A stretch of 64,000 nucleotides of DNA, from NCBI GenBank assembly GCA_017654855.1, contig CM030333.1, positions 3,658,001 through 3,722,000 of the forward strand, given 5' to 3'. The first letter of the stretch is position 1. Every line of letters begins with the position of its first letter. Under the pieces are notes generated by a model that saw nothing but the letters and a program-made list of their open reading frames with translations, was not told the DNA's origin and did no database searches. Below, piece after piece: positions 34,599 to 46,605 of this stretch. The DNA comes from Podospora anserina (Eukaryota). Made by a program: the position numbers and the translations under genes.

Positions 34599-37500
34599 AT
34601 GGAGGACGCCTTCAACCACCTCGGAAACCACCTTGTTTCCGACTCTGCCGCCACCATTAATGCCACCGCCGACGACTTCGACGATGAAACCGAGAGCTTC
34701 CTGGGCGATCTTAAGGAACACGGCTCCCCGACAAACGCCCTCCGTCGCCATGATGACAATGACAACCAGGGCCCCGAAGACTTCCGCGATGATGACAGCA
34801 ACTTCAGTGGCCCAAGAAACGATGTAAACTCGAGAGGTCCAGAAGAGGAAAAGGAGCTGCCCGCTCACGCTTGCGCGTAAGTCATGGGTTTTGGGAGCAT
34901 GGTGGGGGGTATCATAACTGACTGGTTTATGTAGGTATTGCGGCATTCACTCCCCGTCCTGTGTGGTCAAGTGCATTGCAAAGGAATGCAACAAGTGGTT
35001 CTGCAGTGCTCGTGGTAATTCGAGTTCCTCACATATTGTCAACCACCTTGTACGAGCCCGCCACAAGGAGGTTCAGCTTCATCCCGAGTCAGCCCTTGGC
35101 GATACCACCCTCGAATGCTACAACTGCGGCAACAAGAATGTCTTTATGCTGGGCTTCATCCCCGCCAAATCCGATACCGTTGTCGTTCTTTTGTGTCGCC
35201 AACCTTGCGCTGCTGGCAGTTCGGCCAAGGACATGAGCTGGGATGTTTCGCGATGGCAACCCCTCATCGAGGATCGGTCCTTTCTCAACTGGATTGTCTC
35301 CCCACCGACCGACGCCGAACAGCTTCGAGCTCGCCATTTGACCCCGCCCATGATTGCGAAACTTGAGGAGATGTGGAAAGAGGCTCCAAGTGCCACTGTC
35401 GCCGATCTGGAGAAAGGAACCGGCGTAGACGACGATCCACATCCCGTGCTCCTGAAGTACGATGATCCGTACCACTATCAGAATGTCTTTGGGCCCCTTG
35501 TGAAGATGGAGTCGGACTATGACAAGAAGCTCAAGGAAGCGCAGTCTGAGGACCACCTCGTGGTTCGCTGGGATATGGGTCTGAATAACAAGCACCTGGC
35601 CAGCTTTATCCTGCCCAAGATCGAATCCGGCGATGTCAAATTGGCCGTGGGCGATGAGATGCGCATCAAGTACAAGGGCGAACTTCGTGCCCCATGGGAG
35701 GGTGTTGGATATGTTATCAAGATCCCCAACAACCAGTCGGACGAAGTTACCCTTGAGTTAAGAAAGGCGGCGAACGACAAATCGGTCCCCACCGAATGCA
35801 CGCACAACTTTTCGGCCGACTATGTCTGGAAGGCCACGTCCTACGACCGTATGCAATTCGCTATGAAGACCTTCGCTGTGGATGAGCTCAGTGTTTCTGG
35901 GTACATTTTCCATAAGTTGCTGGGCCACGAGGTAGCCGTTGCTCCCATGAAGACGCAGATGCCGAAGAGGTTCCACGTTCCAGGGTTGCCTGAGTTGAAT
36001 CACAGTCAGATCACTGCCATCAAGACTGTTCTGTCCACCCCTCTCAGTTTGATCCAGGGGCCGCCAGGTACCGGAAAGACGGTCACCTCAGCCACCATCA
36101 TCTACCATCTTGCCAGAATGAACAATAGTCAGGTTCTCGTCTGCGCCCCCTCCAACGTTGCTGTCGACCAGCTTTGCGAACGTATTCACCGCACGGGTCT
36201 CAAGGTCGTTCGCTTGACAGCCAAGTCTCGTGAGGATGTCGAATCGTCCGTCAGCTTCTTGGCCCTCCACGAGCAGGTCCGCCTTTACAAGCAGAGCAGT
36301 GAGCTCACAAATCTCAACAAGCTCAAGGCCGCCGCAGGTGAACTGTCTTCTCAGGACGAGAAGAGGTTCAAGCAACTGACTCGCCAGGCCGAGAGGGAGA
36401 TTCTCAACAGCGCTGATGTCGTGTGCTGCACTTGCGTCGGTGCCGGCGACCCGAGACTGTCCAAAATGAAGTTCCGAAACGTGCTGATCGACGAGTCTAC
36501 TCAGTCAGCTGAGCCCGAGTGCATGATTCCTCTTGTCCTCGGATGCAAGCAGGTTGTTCTTGTTGGTGATCACAAGCAGCTCGGCCCCGTCATCATGAAC
36601 AAGAAGGCGGCCAAGGCTGGTCTTAACCAGTCTCTGTTCGAGAGGTTGGTCAAGCTCAACCTGGTTCCCATTCGGCTCAACGTTCAGTATCGTATGCACC
36701 CTTGCCTTTCAGAATTTCCTTCCAACATGTTTTACGAAGGATCGCTCCAGAACGGTGTCACCATAACTGAGCGGCTTCGCAAGGATGTCGATTTCCCCTG
36801 GCCTGTTGCTGAAACTCCGATGATGTTCTGGTCCAACTTGGGCAATGAAGAAATTTCGGCATCCGGAACATCTTACCTGAACCGCACCGAAGCTTCCAAC
36901 GTGGAGAAGATTGTTACTCGCTTCTTCAAGGCTGGTGTGAAGCCGTCTGATATCGGTGTCATTACTCCGTACGAAGGCCAGCGCAGCTACATTGTCAGCA
37001 CCATGCAGAATACGGGCACTTTCAAAAAAGAGAGCTACAAGGAGGTCGAGGTTGCTTCGGTCGACGCTTTCCAGGGCCGTGAGAAGGACTTTATCGTTCT
37101 TTCTTGCGTCCGTTCCAACGACAACCAGGGCATTGGTTTCTTGTCCGACCCTCGTCGTCTCAACGTCGCGCTCACTCGAGCCAAGTATGGTCTTGTCATC
37201 ATCGGCAACCCCAAGGTTCTGTCCAAGCATGAGTTATGGCATCATCTTCTTGTTCACTTTAAGGATCGCAAGTGTTTGGTGGAAGGCCCTCTTACCAACC
37301 TTCAGACTTCCCTCATCCAGTTCAGCCGGCCCAAGATGAGCTTCCGTCCCCGCCACAACGCACAGGCCCAGCATGTGTCTGGTGGTTATACCAACGGCAG
37401 AGGTTATGGCGGCGGTGTCAACGGCTCCCACCGCGATTTCGACACTGGCTCGGTGCTTTCGTATGCTAACGGTATTCCGGATGATGTCTCGTCCATTCAC

Positions 37501-37929
37501 AGCTCTGCCTTGGGGGGTGCGGGCCTTACATCGGCCTACCCTCAGATGTTCTCCAACTTCCATCCAGAGCAGTGGCCCGGCTTGCCCGGGGCCAACCCGG
37601 CTAGCCGTCCCGGGGCCAAGGGTCGTGCTCGCATTGCTGAGAGTGTTGCTGGCGAGAGCGTTGCCAACAGCGAGTTTACGGATGCGAGTGCGAGTGTTAT
37701 TGGTGGCAAGGGCGTCGGTCAGGGTGGTGCGAGCCTGGGAGCTGGTCTTAGCGAGGCTATCAGCTCGGCTCGTCCTACCTCGTACAGCCGTAGCGACCGT
37801 CTCAAGCAGTACGTGGAGAGCGGCGGGCGCAGTCTTGGCTTGGGCAGCGGATATGGCCGTCGCTTCGATGATGACGAGAAGAGCGTCAGCACAGCGTTTG
37901 CTAGTCAAATTGGGACAGGGTTCGACTGA
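34599..37929 (+). CDS. UPF1: NMD RNA helicase Upf1/Nam7 (intron 34877-34934; 1090 aa)
   Basis: CH domain (HACAYCGIH, KWFC, LECYNCG), [43 protein letters not shown]. Confidence 0.97.
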
Positions 37930-39043
37930 GTGTTTTGAGCAGCGTGGTTGTGCTGGTATTGTTTTTGAAGCAAAACCAAACAACTGAAGCAGTTATCGCA
38001 CCAAGCAGCATATGGAGGACCATCTCGTCTGGCTCCGCCCAGCATACCTCGGTCGAGCACGCAACTTCGGATCCGCCCGGTCGTTCCTGATCAGTCATGA
38101 AAACGAGTCACAGTTTCCGGGAGCGCTGATCCTACCTACTTTGGTAGAGACTGGGTACATATATCCTTCTGCGCCTCGCAGCGACCCGCCGCTGCCAAAG
38201 CGTTGCTCTGACGACCTATGGTGCCTGTCGATTCTTGACAGGCAGATGTGGCTCGACCGGCCTCGGAGGCCTCGAGTTTTGAGATGCAGGAGGTAGTTGA
38301 GAATTGTTAGGGTCTTTTGTTCCAGCATTACGTCGCTCAGGGGAGGGAGCTAGTGTAGCGAGCCGAGGTGGTCACACATGTGGCATGGACAAGTCGGTCC
38401 AGCCTTCTGTACCACCCAGGGGCATCCTGTTTTGGAACTAGCTATGGACGAGAAGGACAGCGGTGGTAGTCTGATAAATTTTGGGGAGGAAGGCTGAAGG
38501 TTGCCGCTCATTTTCACGCCTGTTGGGCATTCACTTCGTACAGGCTGGATATCTGACTTGATCAGATTCTAGTGCTGAAACACTAACCACTAGTCACTCG
38601 TTCACTCCTATTTGAGATTGGTGATTTCTAAGCAAACGAGCGGATAGATCAATAGAGGATCAGAATAGCACTATCATTTATTCCGCTACCATATGTGCCC
38701 CTTATCATTGTGAAGTCTTTGAGCCGCCAGACGCGACACGCTTCTTTCTTTGTGAGCCTCGACGATCAAGTAACACGAACTCACGTGAAGATAGCCGATA
38801 AACGCCATGGGTTCTAAGGGAAAGTTCCACTGTGACCTCATCCCGCCCCACCCTTTGCCTGCCACGCACCACCACTGGGCAACCCCACCCCGCCTTTTGG
38901 AGTCGCAGACCCAACCAAGCTGATGATCATGCTGGTTGGGGGTTCAGCGATGCACGTTCTAGATTACCTAGCACACACCTTAAACTTTTGGCGCCACGGT
39001 ACCTGAATACTCGAGCCTTTCAAAAGCCCAACATATAACCATC

Positions 39044-40333
39044 ATGGCGTCGCCCCCGAAAGATCTAGCGCCGGACGTGCCAACAACCACAGTCACCCCC
39101 GACACCACGGTTACAGAAAGCGGAGCGGGCGCCGCTGCCGCCAAGCCGGAGACTAATACGACGTTGGGCGGTGATGGTGCTGGGACGACGACGAGGAGGG
39201 CAGCTACCTTTAGTGTCTCACCATCACAGTCACAGCAGCAGTCTGGAACAAACGGTGGCAGTGGTAGTGGTGGTGGTTCTGTCAAGTCGGCGGCGGCCAA
39301 CAGGAACTCAACAGCCGACATTGACACGACCAACCCCCTCGACTTTTCCGAAGACGTCTCGGCGGACAACTCCCTTCCTACGCTGGCGACGCTGAAGAAG
39401 ATTGACAACTACATTGTGCTGGACCGCAATGGAAAGTCGCACACGTTTCGGTCGCTGTACACGGGGCGGCATGTGGCGAGGAGGGTGTTGCTTGTGTTTG
39501 TTAGGCATTTTTACTGTGGTGTATGTGTACTCTCCGATTACCCCTCCCGTGGTATGATTGATGACTGATTGTGATGGTGGGGATAGAACTGTCAAGATTA
39601 CCTCCGGACCTTGTCGTCTGCGTTTTCGCCGTCGGATTTGCTGGGTTTGCCCATCCCGACGTTTATCGTTGTGATTGGGTGTGGCGATCCGGGCTTGATC
39701 GATATGTACACCTCTGAGACTGGGTGTCCTTTTCCTGTTTACACGGATCCCACGCGGAAATTGTATGCGGAGCTGGGCATGATTCGGACGTTGGCTTTGG
39801 GGGAGAGGCCAGCGTATACAAAGACTCATCTGGTCAGGTCGAGTTTGGCGAGTGTGGTTCAGGGTCTGAAGCAGATACCCAAGGGGCTGGCGCACAAGGG
39901 GGGCGATTCGAGGCAGATAGGAGGCGAGTTCTTGTTTGAGCCGGTTGGTGGGGAGGATGTGGCTAGTCCGATCAAGGAGTTGGGGGAGTGGGGGAGGGGA
40001 GAGAGGGCTGGGAATGGGGATGGGGAGAGTGTGAAGATGGGGGTTAGGCATAGGGCGAGTGAGACGCCGAGTATTGATGGGAAGAACATGGAGTTGGGAG
40101 GGGATGGGAGTGAGGGGGTGGATAAGATTGTTAGTTGGTGTCATAGGATGAGGAATACGAGGGATCATGCCGAGGTGCCGGAGTTGATGGAGGTGTTTGG
40201 GATGGCGGTGGGGGAGATGGAGAAGATACCCGGGGATGTGAAGGGGTTGGAGAGGGAGAGGTGGGAGAGGGCGATTAGGGAGAGGAAGGGAGTAGGTTTG
40301 GGGGGGAAGGGGAGGGGGAGTTTAGAGAGATGA
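39044..40333 (+). CDS. AhpC/TSA-like (peroxiredoxin-like 2/AAED1 type) thioredoxin-fold protein; intron 39521-39586
   Basis: Spliced VFVRHFYCGNCQDY (CxxC), VVIGCGD, YTDPTRKLY, QIGGEFLF, WCHRMRNTRDH. Confidence 0.8.
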
Positions 40334-41032
40334 CTTGAGGGTGTGATGGAAAGCTGATTGGATTGGGTTTATTCAAAAGTGTCAAAGCATGCATTTTAGC
40401 AAGCAGGAGTTTTCATAAATGGGAATTAAAATGATATTATGCTCTAGGTCGTGGTCCGCACGGATAGATTTGTGAAGTCAGGTTGTGTACACGACATACG
40501 GGAGTTTCCGAGTGCATCGATGTTTCACGCCCTTCATATGTTTGTCTCTCCTGAGATAATAGAGCAAACAACAGTCAGGAAGGATAACCCCTGGAGGGAC
40601 TGTGATACCATCGGATGTGAATAGTGCGCTTCATCAAATGATAGCCCCATATTATCCGATGTCGTCAAGCGCACTGCGTATTGGTAGTCTCTCGCCGAGT
40701 GGCTAGCATACGCTAGGTATGCTCTCATCGTGCCCTTTCCACCAAGTAATCCGGTGCAACATTTCTGGTGAGAGTCTGGGGAAGATATTCTGTGGTTTCT
40801 CTGGCGTGGTAGTTCAACCTCCAAGTAACGAAGCACAAGGCCATTTCCCATCTAACCCACCGTGTAATCTCTTGGTTGTCTTGTTTACAATAATTCCACA
40901 TTGTGCCCCCCCTCCCCCCCCCTTACGTACCCTTTCCCCCGCCTACCTAATCATCATCTCTGTATTTTTTTTTTTTTTGCCTTTTTCATCCTCACCGCCC
41001 ATCTATCTCCTTTCGATGTCTCCTCGATCAGG

Positions 41033-43495
41033 ATGGCTTCCCAGGTACCCTGCCCCATCCCAGGAAACCCGTCCATGTACGGCCTCGGCCTCCGCACGTC
41101 CTTTTACCTCCTCCACCTCTCGACCCTGTTCCTCGAGCTCCTGGAGCAGGAATATATTGTCCTTCTCCTATCCGCCGAGCTCGTCCTCAACTTTGCGCTT
41201 TTGCTTGCATTGATATTGCAGGTTGCTGCTGGGGGGTTGCATGTTGTTGAGGTGTATATTCTTCTTCTTCTCCTCTCTGTCACTGTCTACCTCTTCGTCC
41301 CGAGACATGCGGCGGATTTGGCAATGGTGTTTTGTCCTCATTTGGGGTTGCGGGTGAAAAGTAGGGGGTGGGGGGTAGATGTGCTGGGTTGTTTGAGGGG
41401 GGGTTATGGATTGGTTGTGGTTGGTGTGCAGGTTTGGTTTTGGGGTAGGGGGGTGGATTCGGTTAGGTATGATGACGGTGGTGGTGGTGGTGGTGGTGAT
41501 GGGAAAGGGTGTTTGGAGTATGGGTTTTTGTTTGGGGCGATGGATCTTAAGAGCGGGAGTATGAAGGGGTTGAATATTTTGTTGGTGTTGGGGATGCTGG
41601 CTGGGGGGTTGGCGGTGGTGGGTTGTGTGAAGAGTGGGTGGTGGGGGGTTAGGAAGGGAGGGAGGAAGAAGAAAATGTGAGTCGCCCCTATTTTTCATCT
41701 CTGCCCCTAATCGTTGCCGGGTGGGTTTATTTTTTTTTTCTTTTTCGGTCGTGGTAGAAAGTGACATTTTCCACTTTCCTTTTTCGGAGGTGGTGTGGTA
41801 GGCCGCAGCTTGATGATAGCTAACCGTCGGGGACAAACTCACCGAGATTAGCCGCTCAAGGTGGGAAGCACAAAAGTGGTTGGAGGCCTTGGGGGGCCTT
41901 GCGGTCGCCGTAACCGTGATCGTTGCGATTGAGCTGACGATTCGATGGAACCGCATCGGGGCTGAGAACAGTGTAAATCAGGCAACCACCGCCGCCCAAC
42001 TCATCCCGCTCTTGCTGGTTATCGCACTCATTTCGACATTTTTGTACGGGGTCTTCAGCAACGACAAGTCAGACGACGGTAGTCTGGTTGTTACGCTTGA
42101 AGCAGGGTCGTCATCGTCGCCATCGGGCTCAGGTACTGGGTCAAGCCCATCCGGCTCTGGTGGTTCCGGTCCTACACCAGTTGTCGTTGCTGAAAGGTAA
42201 AACTCTATTGAGTCTTATCAACTTGAATCTTTTACTTACATGGATTCAGATCACGATCTCAAACACGCCGATCTAGATCTCGTCAAAGTTCCCGCAGACC
42301 ACCAGCCCCATCGCCACCAATGCCACCATCAAGACACAGCCCGAGATTCCCTGGGCCACCACCCGGTCCACCTCCAGCTTCTCATCACAGCGGCTATAGT
42401 CACAGCGGCTCACCTACTCCTCCATCGCCTCTGAGCCCAAGGATAATCAACGTCTCCCCCTCCGGGCCAGTAGCCAGACCATCAGTCAACTATTATCGCC
42501 AAGTGGTTCCCCATCCCTACTTCCCGTATGAAGGACCCGAGTACTACGACCCGAACGGATCACCTCCCCGCATGTCAGGAGGTATCGGGGCAAGGTGGCC
42601 ACGTTTCGCAAAACCAATGGGTCCCCGCCCGCCTCCCTCTCCTACCAAGTCAATAGACCCAGCCAACGACAAACTCTGGGACGAAGTTCTCAGCGGCGCA
42701 CCAGGCACGCAAGGGGAACCACTGATAACTCAAAAAGACATCGACGACTTGTTCAACCCGCCACCGTCAGCAATGCTGATTACCGATGCGGATGTGGCGG
42801 CTGTGATGGAGCCTTTGGTGACAGACGCAGATGTGGAGGAAGTGATAAGGGAGATGCTGACGGAGCAGGACATAGCAGACGCTCTGAAAGATAAGGTTAC
42901 TGACGCTGATGTCGACAGGGTTATGAAGTCTAGTTTTACTGATGCCGATGCAGAAGCCGTGATGGGGGATTTGATACCGGATGAGTTGGTTGAAGAGGTG
43001 ATGATGAGTGGGGCGATACCGGATGAGATGGTGGAGGAGGTGATGAGATCTCCCAGACAGGCAAAGGTCGAGGATGAGAGTGATCACCTAAGTCAGCAGG
43101 CCCATGACTCCGAGGATTCAGATGAGGAGGAAGAGTCGAGTTCGGATAGCAATTCGGATTCAGGTTCAAGTTCAAGTTCGAGTGGAGAGAGGCATGATGA
43201 AGATGAGGATGAAGAAAAGGGTCCGGCCGAGTCGATTCCGGAGACGGAGACTGAACCCCGTACACCTAGGTCGGTACGTTGGGCGATGCCCCTGGACGAG
43301 GAAATTGATTCGAGGTATGCTTCTGATGGTGGGTTCTATCACTCACCTGAGCTTAGAAGCAGGGACGATGACGTGGAAGAAATTGTGAGAGATCGATACG
43401 GTGATGATGATGCTCGAATAGTTGCTGTAGTTCGCTATTTTCCTACTCCTGGGTATTCATCAGGCTATGGGTCGTCATGGGGTCAGAAATACTAA
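41033..43495 (+). CDS. Uncharacterised multi-pass membrane protein with a long Pro-rich/acidic C-terminal tail (introns 41677-41851 and 42197-42249; 744 aa)
   Basis: GNPSMYGLGLRTSFYL start, several hydrophobic helices, IELTIRWNRI..AQLIPLL; two canonical introns join three ORFs in frame. Confidence 0.7.
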
Positions 43496-44671
43496 AACAA
43501 AACGCACCATTACGAAAGCAACTTTTTGCTGTGGCGGATGATGGTGTTCAGGAAGTTCATAAGACAAGTCATAAGAAAGGCCAAGCGAACTTGGTGGTTG
43601 GCATGCTGGGATGAAGAAGGATGGTCACGAAGTAATGACAAAAATAGCAAGCCATGGTACTCATTCCTCTGAAAAAACACACCAAGTGTCAGTTATTCCA
43701 GTGTGACTTTTCCCTTGACAACTGGTTGCACACTCTAGACTCTAGATTTCGTTGCTGTATTTCCCTTCTGTGCTCGTCGCATGAGGATCTTGCTTCCTGC
43801 CCCACTTGCTCTTAATTTCAGGCATTTTTTTTTTTTTGAAAAAAAGGCTGGAAGTTTACGGATCTGCCCAAAATGCCTTCGTTTCTATGCAGGCCAACAA
43901 TCCACTATTTTGCATCGGATCTCACCTGGTGTCCGTTCTTTCATTGCTTTGAAGAGGCAAGCTCACCAATTTTCACCTCTTTCTTCGCCTCTTCTTCCAT
44001 GCTTGCTGATGATCATGAAGAGACTACAACCTCGGACACGGTACACAAGACAAAGTGCGACTATGTAGGTTAGAATATGCTTAGGGTTATGGGTCTAGGC
44101 ATGTTTTTTAAAGTCAGGATGGCAGGGTTGTATATGTAGTGGAATGGTTAGTTGATCTGAGCTGCTTAACTGACCCTCGGGTTAAGATTCCACCGCAAAA
44201 CGTGAATGAGAAATCTCAGCAGTATATATCAGTTTTCGCCCCATTATTTCGCCTGATATCATATCTTTGTTCCCGAAAACTCTGCCAACAACGTCAAATC
44301 TTGCCTACTTTGAGTGAACTTCTTCGAATGTCGAGTGAATCTTGCGGAATTGCCTTCTACAAGAGGACCCATAGCCCCACCTTCATCTCTGGGCCAAGCT
44401 GCTAGTGGCAGGCAGCATCTCTCTTCCCGGCGACAGCTAGAACATTTGAACTTTCTACACTTCCCTTCACCAACCATCCCACGCCCGGGTTCGTAAACAC
44501 CGCGGCCACTGCAGACTACCGCGCCATCATCGAACCCCCACCTTTTCATCGCAGAGCTTCCGCTTCTCTTGCAACTCAAGGTCTCGTGATCAGCGCCTCG
44601 CATACAGCCAGCCCCAGCTACCCCCAACTTTTCTGATCGATCGCTCACCATATCCACCTAATATCGTCACC

Positions 44672-45403
44672 ATGGGTTCGACACTCTGCCAGAACCGTCT
44701 GATTGAGGAGAGGTAAGTCGCCTCTTTCGTCGCTTGCAGATGCGCGCGCCGACCTTCGGACATTTTCCTCCTGTTCGCGACAGCCTCGCTGACCGGCGCC
44801 ATGCCCTCTACAGAAAGCAGTGGCGGAAAGACCACCCGTTCGGCTTCTGGGCCAAACCCCAGAAGAACCCCCAAGGTGTGCTGGACATGAAGGTCTGGGA
44901 GTGTGCTATTCCTGGCAAGAAAGACACAATCTGGGAGGGCGGCCAGTTCAAGCTGCACATCACTTTTCCAGATGGTATGTAGCTACCCTCGGTGTAACAC
45001 ATGATGTTGCAGATGGACTTTGATAGCTGACCTGTCTCTTTTTCCCTTCCTGCAGAATATCCCACGAAGCCCCCCAAGTGTAAGTTTTTTTCGCCGAATT
45101 ACCCCAACATGGGCAGGTCACACGACTAATCAACGTCCTCTCCTTGTAGGCAAATTCGTCCCTCCTCTGTTCCACCCCAATGTCTACCCTTCGGGCACCG
45201 TCTGCCTTTCGATCCTCAACGAGGAAGAGGCTTGGAAACCGGCCATCACTCTCAAGCAGATTCTCCTTGGTGTCCAAGACCTCCTGAACGACCCAAACCC
45301 CGAGTCACCAGCTCAGGCCGAGGCTTACAACCTATTCAAGAAGGACAGAGCCGAGTACGAAAGACGTATCAAACGGATTGTTCGAGAGAATGCTGCTCCA
45401 TAG
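44672..45403 (+). CDS. UBC9: SUMO-conjugating enzyme Ubc9 (introns 44713-44813, 44975-45055, 45080-45149; 159 aa)
   Basis: [50 protein letters not shown]. Confidence 0.96.
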
Positions 45404-46296
45404 ACGAGCTCGCTTCTGGGGGCATACTGGAAAAGGACGACAGTAGAATAACGTATTAGTGGGATCTACGATTGTGGTCATTTATTTCTGGAGTTACTTG
45501 GGAACATCATGGACGGCTGGGAAGGCAGGCAGGGGCGTAGCATTGATTGGGAACGAGCTTGTAGACGGACGACTCTCGACAGGGAAGGGTTCTTCTTTTC
45601 ACTCAACGAACTGGTATTTGACTTTCTGGAGTGGGGGTTAATGGAATTGGCTTTTTTTCCAACAATACGAACCACTGAATCAACCATCCCGTCTCTGGCA
45701 CCCGTGACTTGCGCCTCCATGCAGTGTTTCCGATACAGAATTTGTGACGCTGGTGTCGTGTGTGGCCCCTGGCTCTGAGCTGTCATAGCTACGAGCAATA
45801 CCCCCGCGTAACATTGGGGAAGCAACGCGGGCTCCCATCTACGATTGGCGATACCCCACACTCGGGATGAAGAAGAGTCTGGCATTCTGTCGCTCACAGC
45901 TGATGGATGATGTCCTCTCACATATGCAGAGTCTCACGTGGACAGTTTACCAGGCACTTTGCAGGCTCCCACACCTTTATATCGCGATTATCGCAAACTT
46001 CTTATCAGGGCGGTTTATCTAATTGTGGAGGGCCGGAACGGGTTCTGGCACACGGCTGGGACGGTCTCGCCTCCGAGTCCCCAGGTTCCGGACCGCGCTA
46101 ACAAATTATACCAGGGGGTGGATTTGAGGAGTGGCGATATCGGCGTCCACTTGGCTCCTCACGATTAACAATGGAGGACTAGGAAGCCCCGGGTACCAAG
46201 AGGTCTGGGGTCTTAGAAGGTACTTAAAATTTTGCAGGGGCAATGTAGTCGACTCATACTCCAAAGCCAAATTTGGAATTCCCAGACAAATTTCTG

Positions 46297-46302
46297 TGAC
46301 TC
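46297..46302. promoter_or_regulatory. Candidate Gcn4/CPC-1 core TGACTC upstream of asparagine synthetase (TATA-like TATAAA at about 46490)
   Basis: Motif seen 300 nt upstream of the ATG; ASN genes are established Gcn4 targets in yeast. Confidence 0.4.
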
Positions 46303-46605
46303 TTACCCATCTCTTCCTTTCCACACCTTTGTGCTGTGGCCTCCTTCCTTCAAAAACCATCCCACGCTCTTCTGCAGCTCTCACCTGTAGACCAACCATC
46401 AGCTGCTCACCTGCGCCTTGCCGGATCGAACGCCCTCTCTCCCATCGCAACAGACACCAGCTTGCGCGCGCCGCGACGGCCAGAGTAAGTATAAAGACCG
46501 TTGTCACTGACTGGCTTGTAGTCCGCTCTCAACGTCCGCTCCAAAATCCCAAGAACTAGTTGCCTCCTAGCCTCCCGTCCAAAAACAAGAGAATAGACAG
46601 TCAAC

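Noticed and set aside
40331-40357. Leaky-looking TGA CT stop of the AhpC-like gene
   Set aside because: The extension is only LEGVMES, without a PTS1-like ending, and the context is not the TGA CTA consensus.
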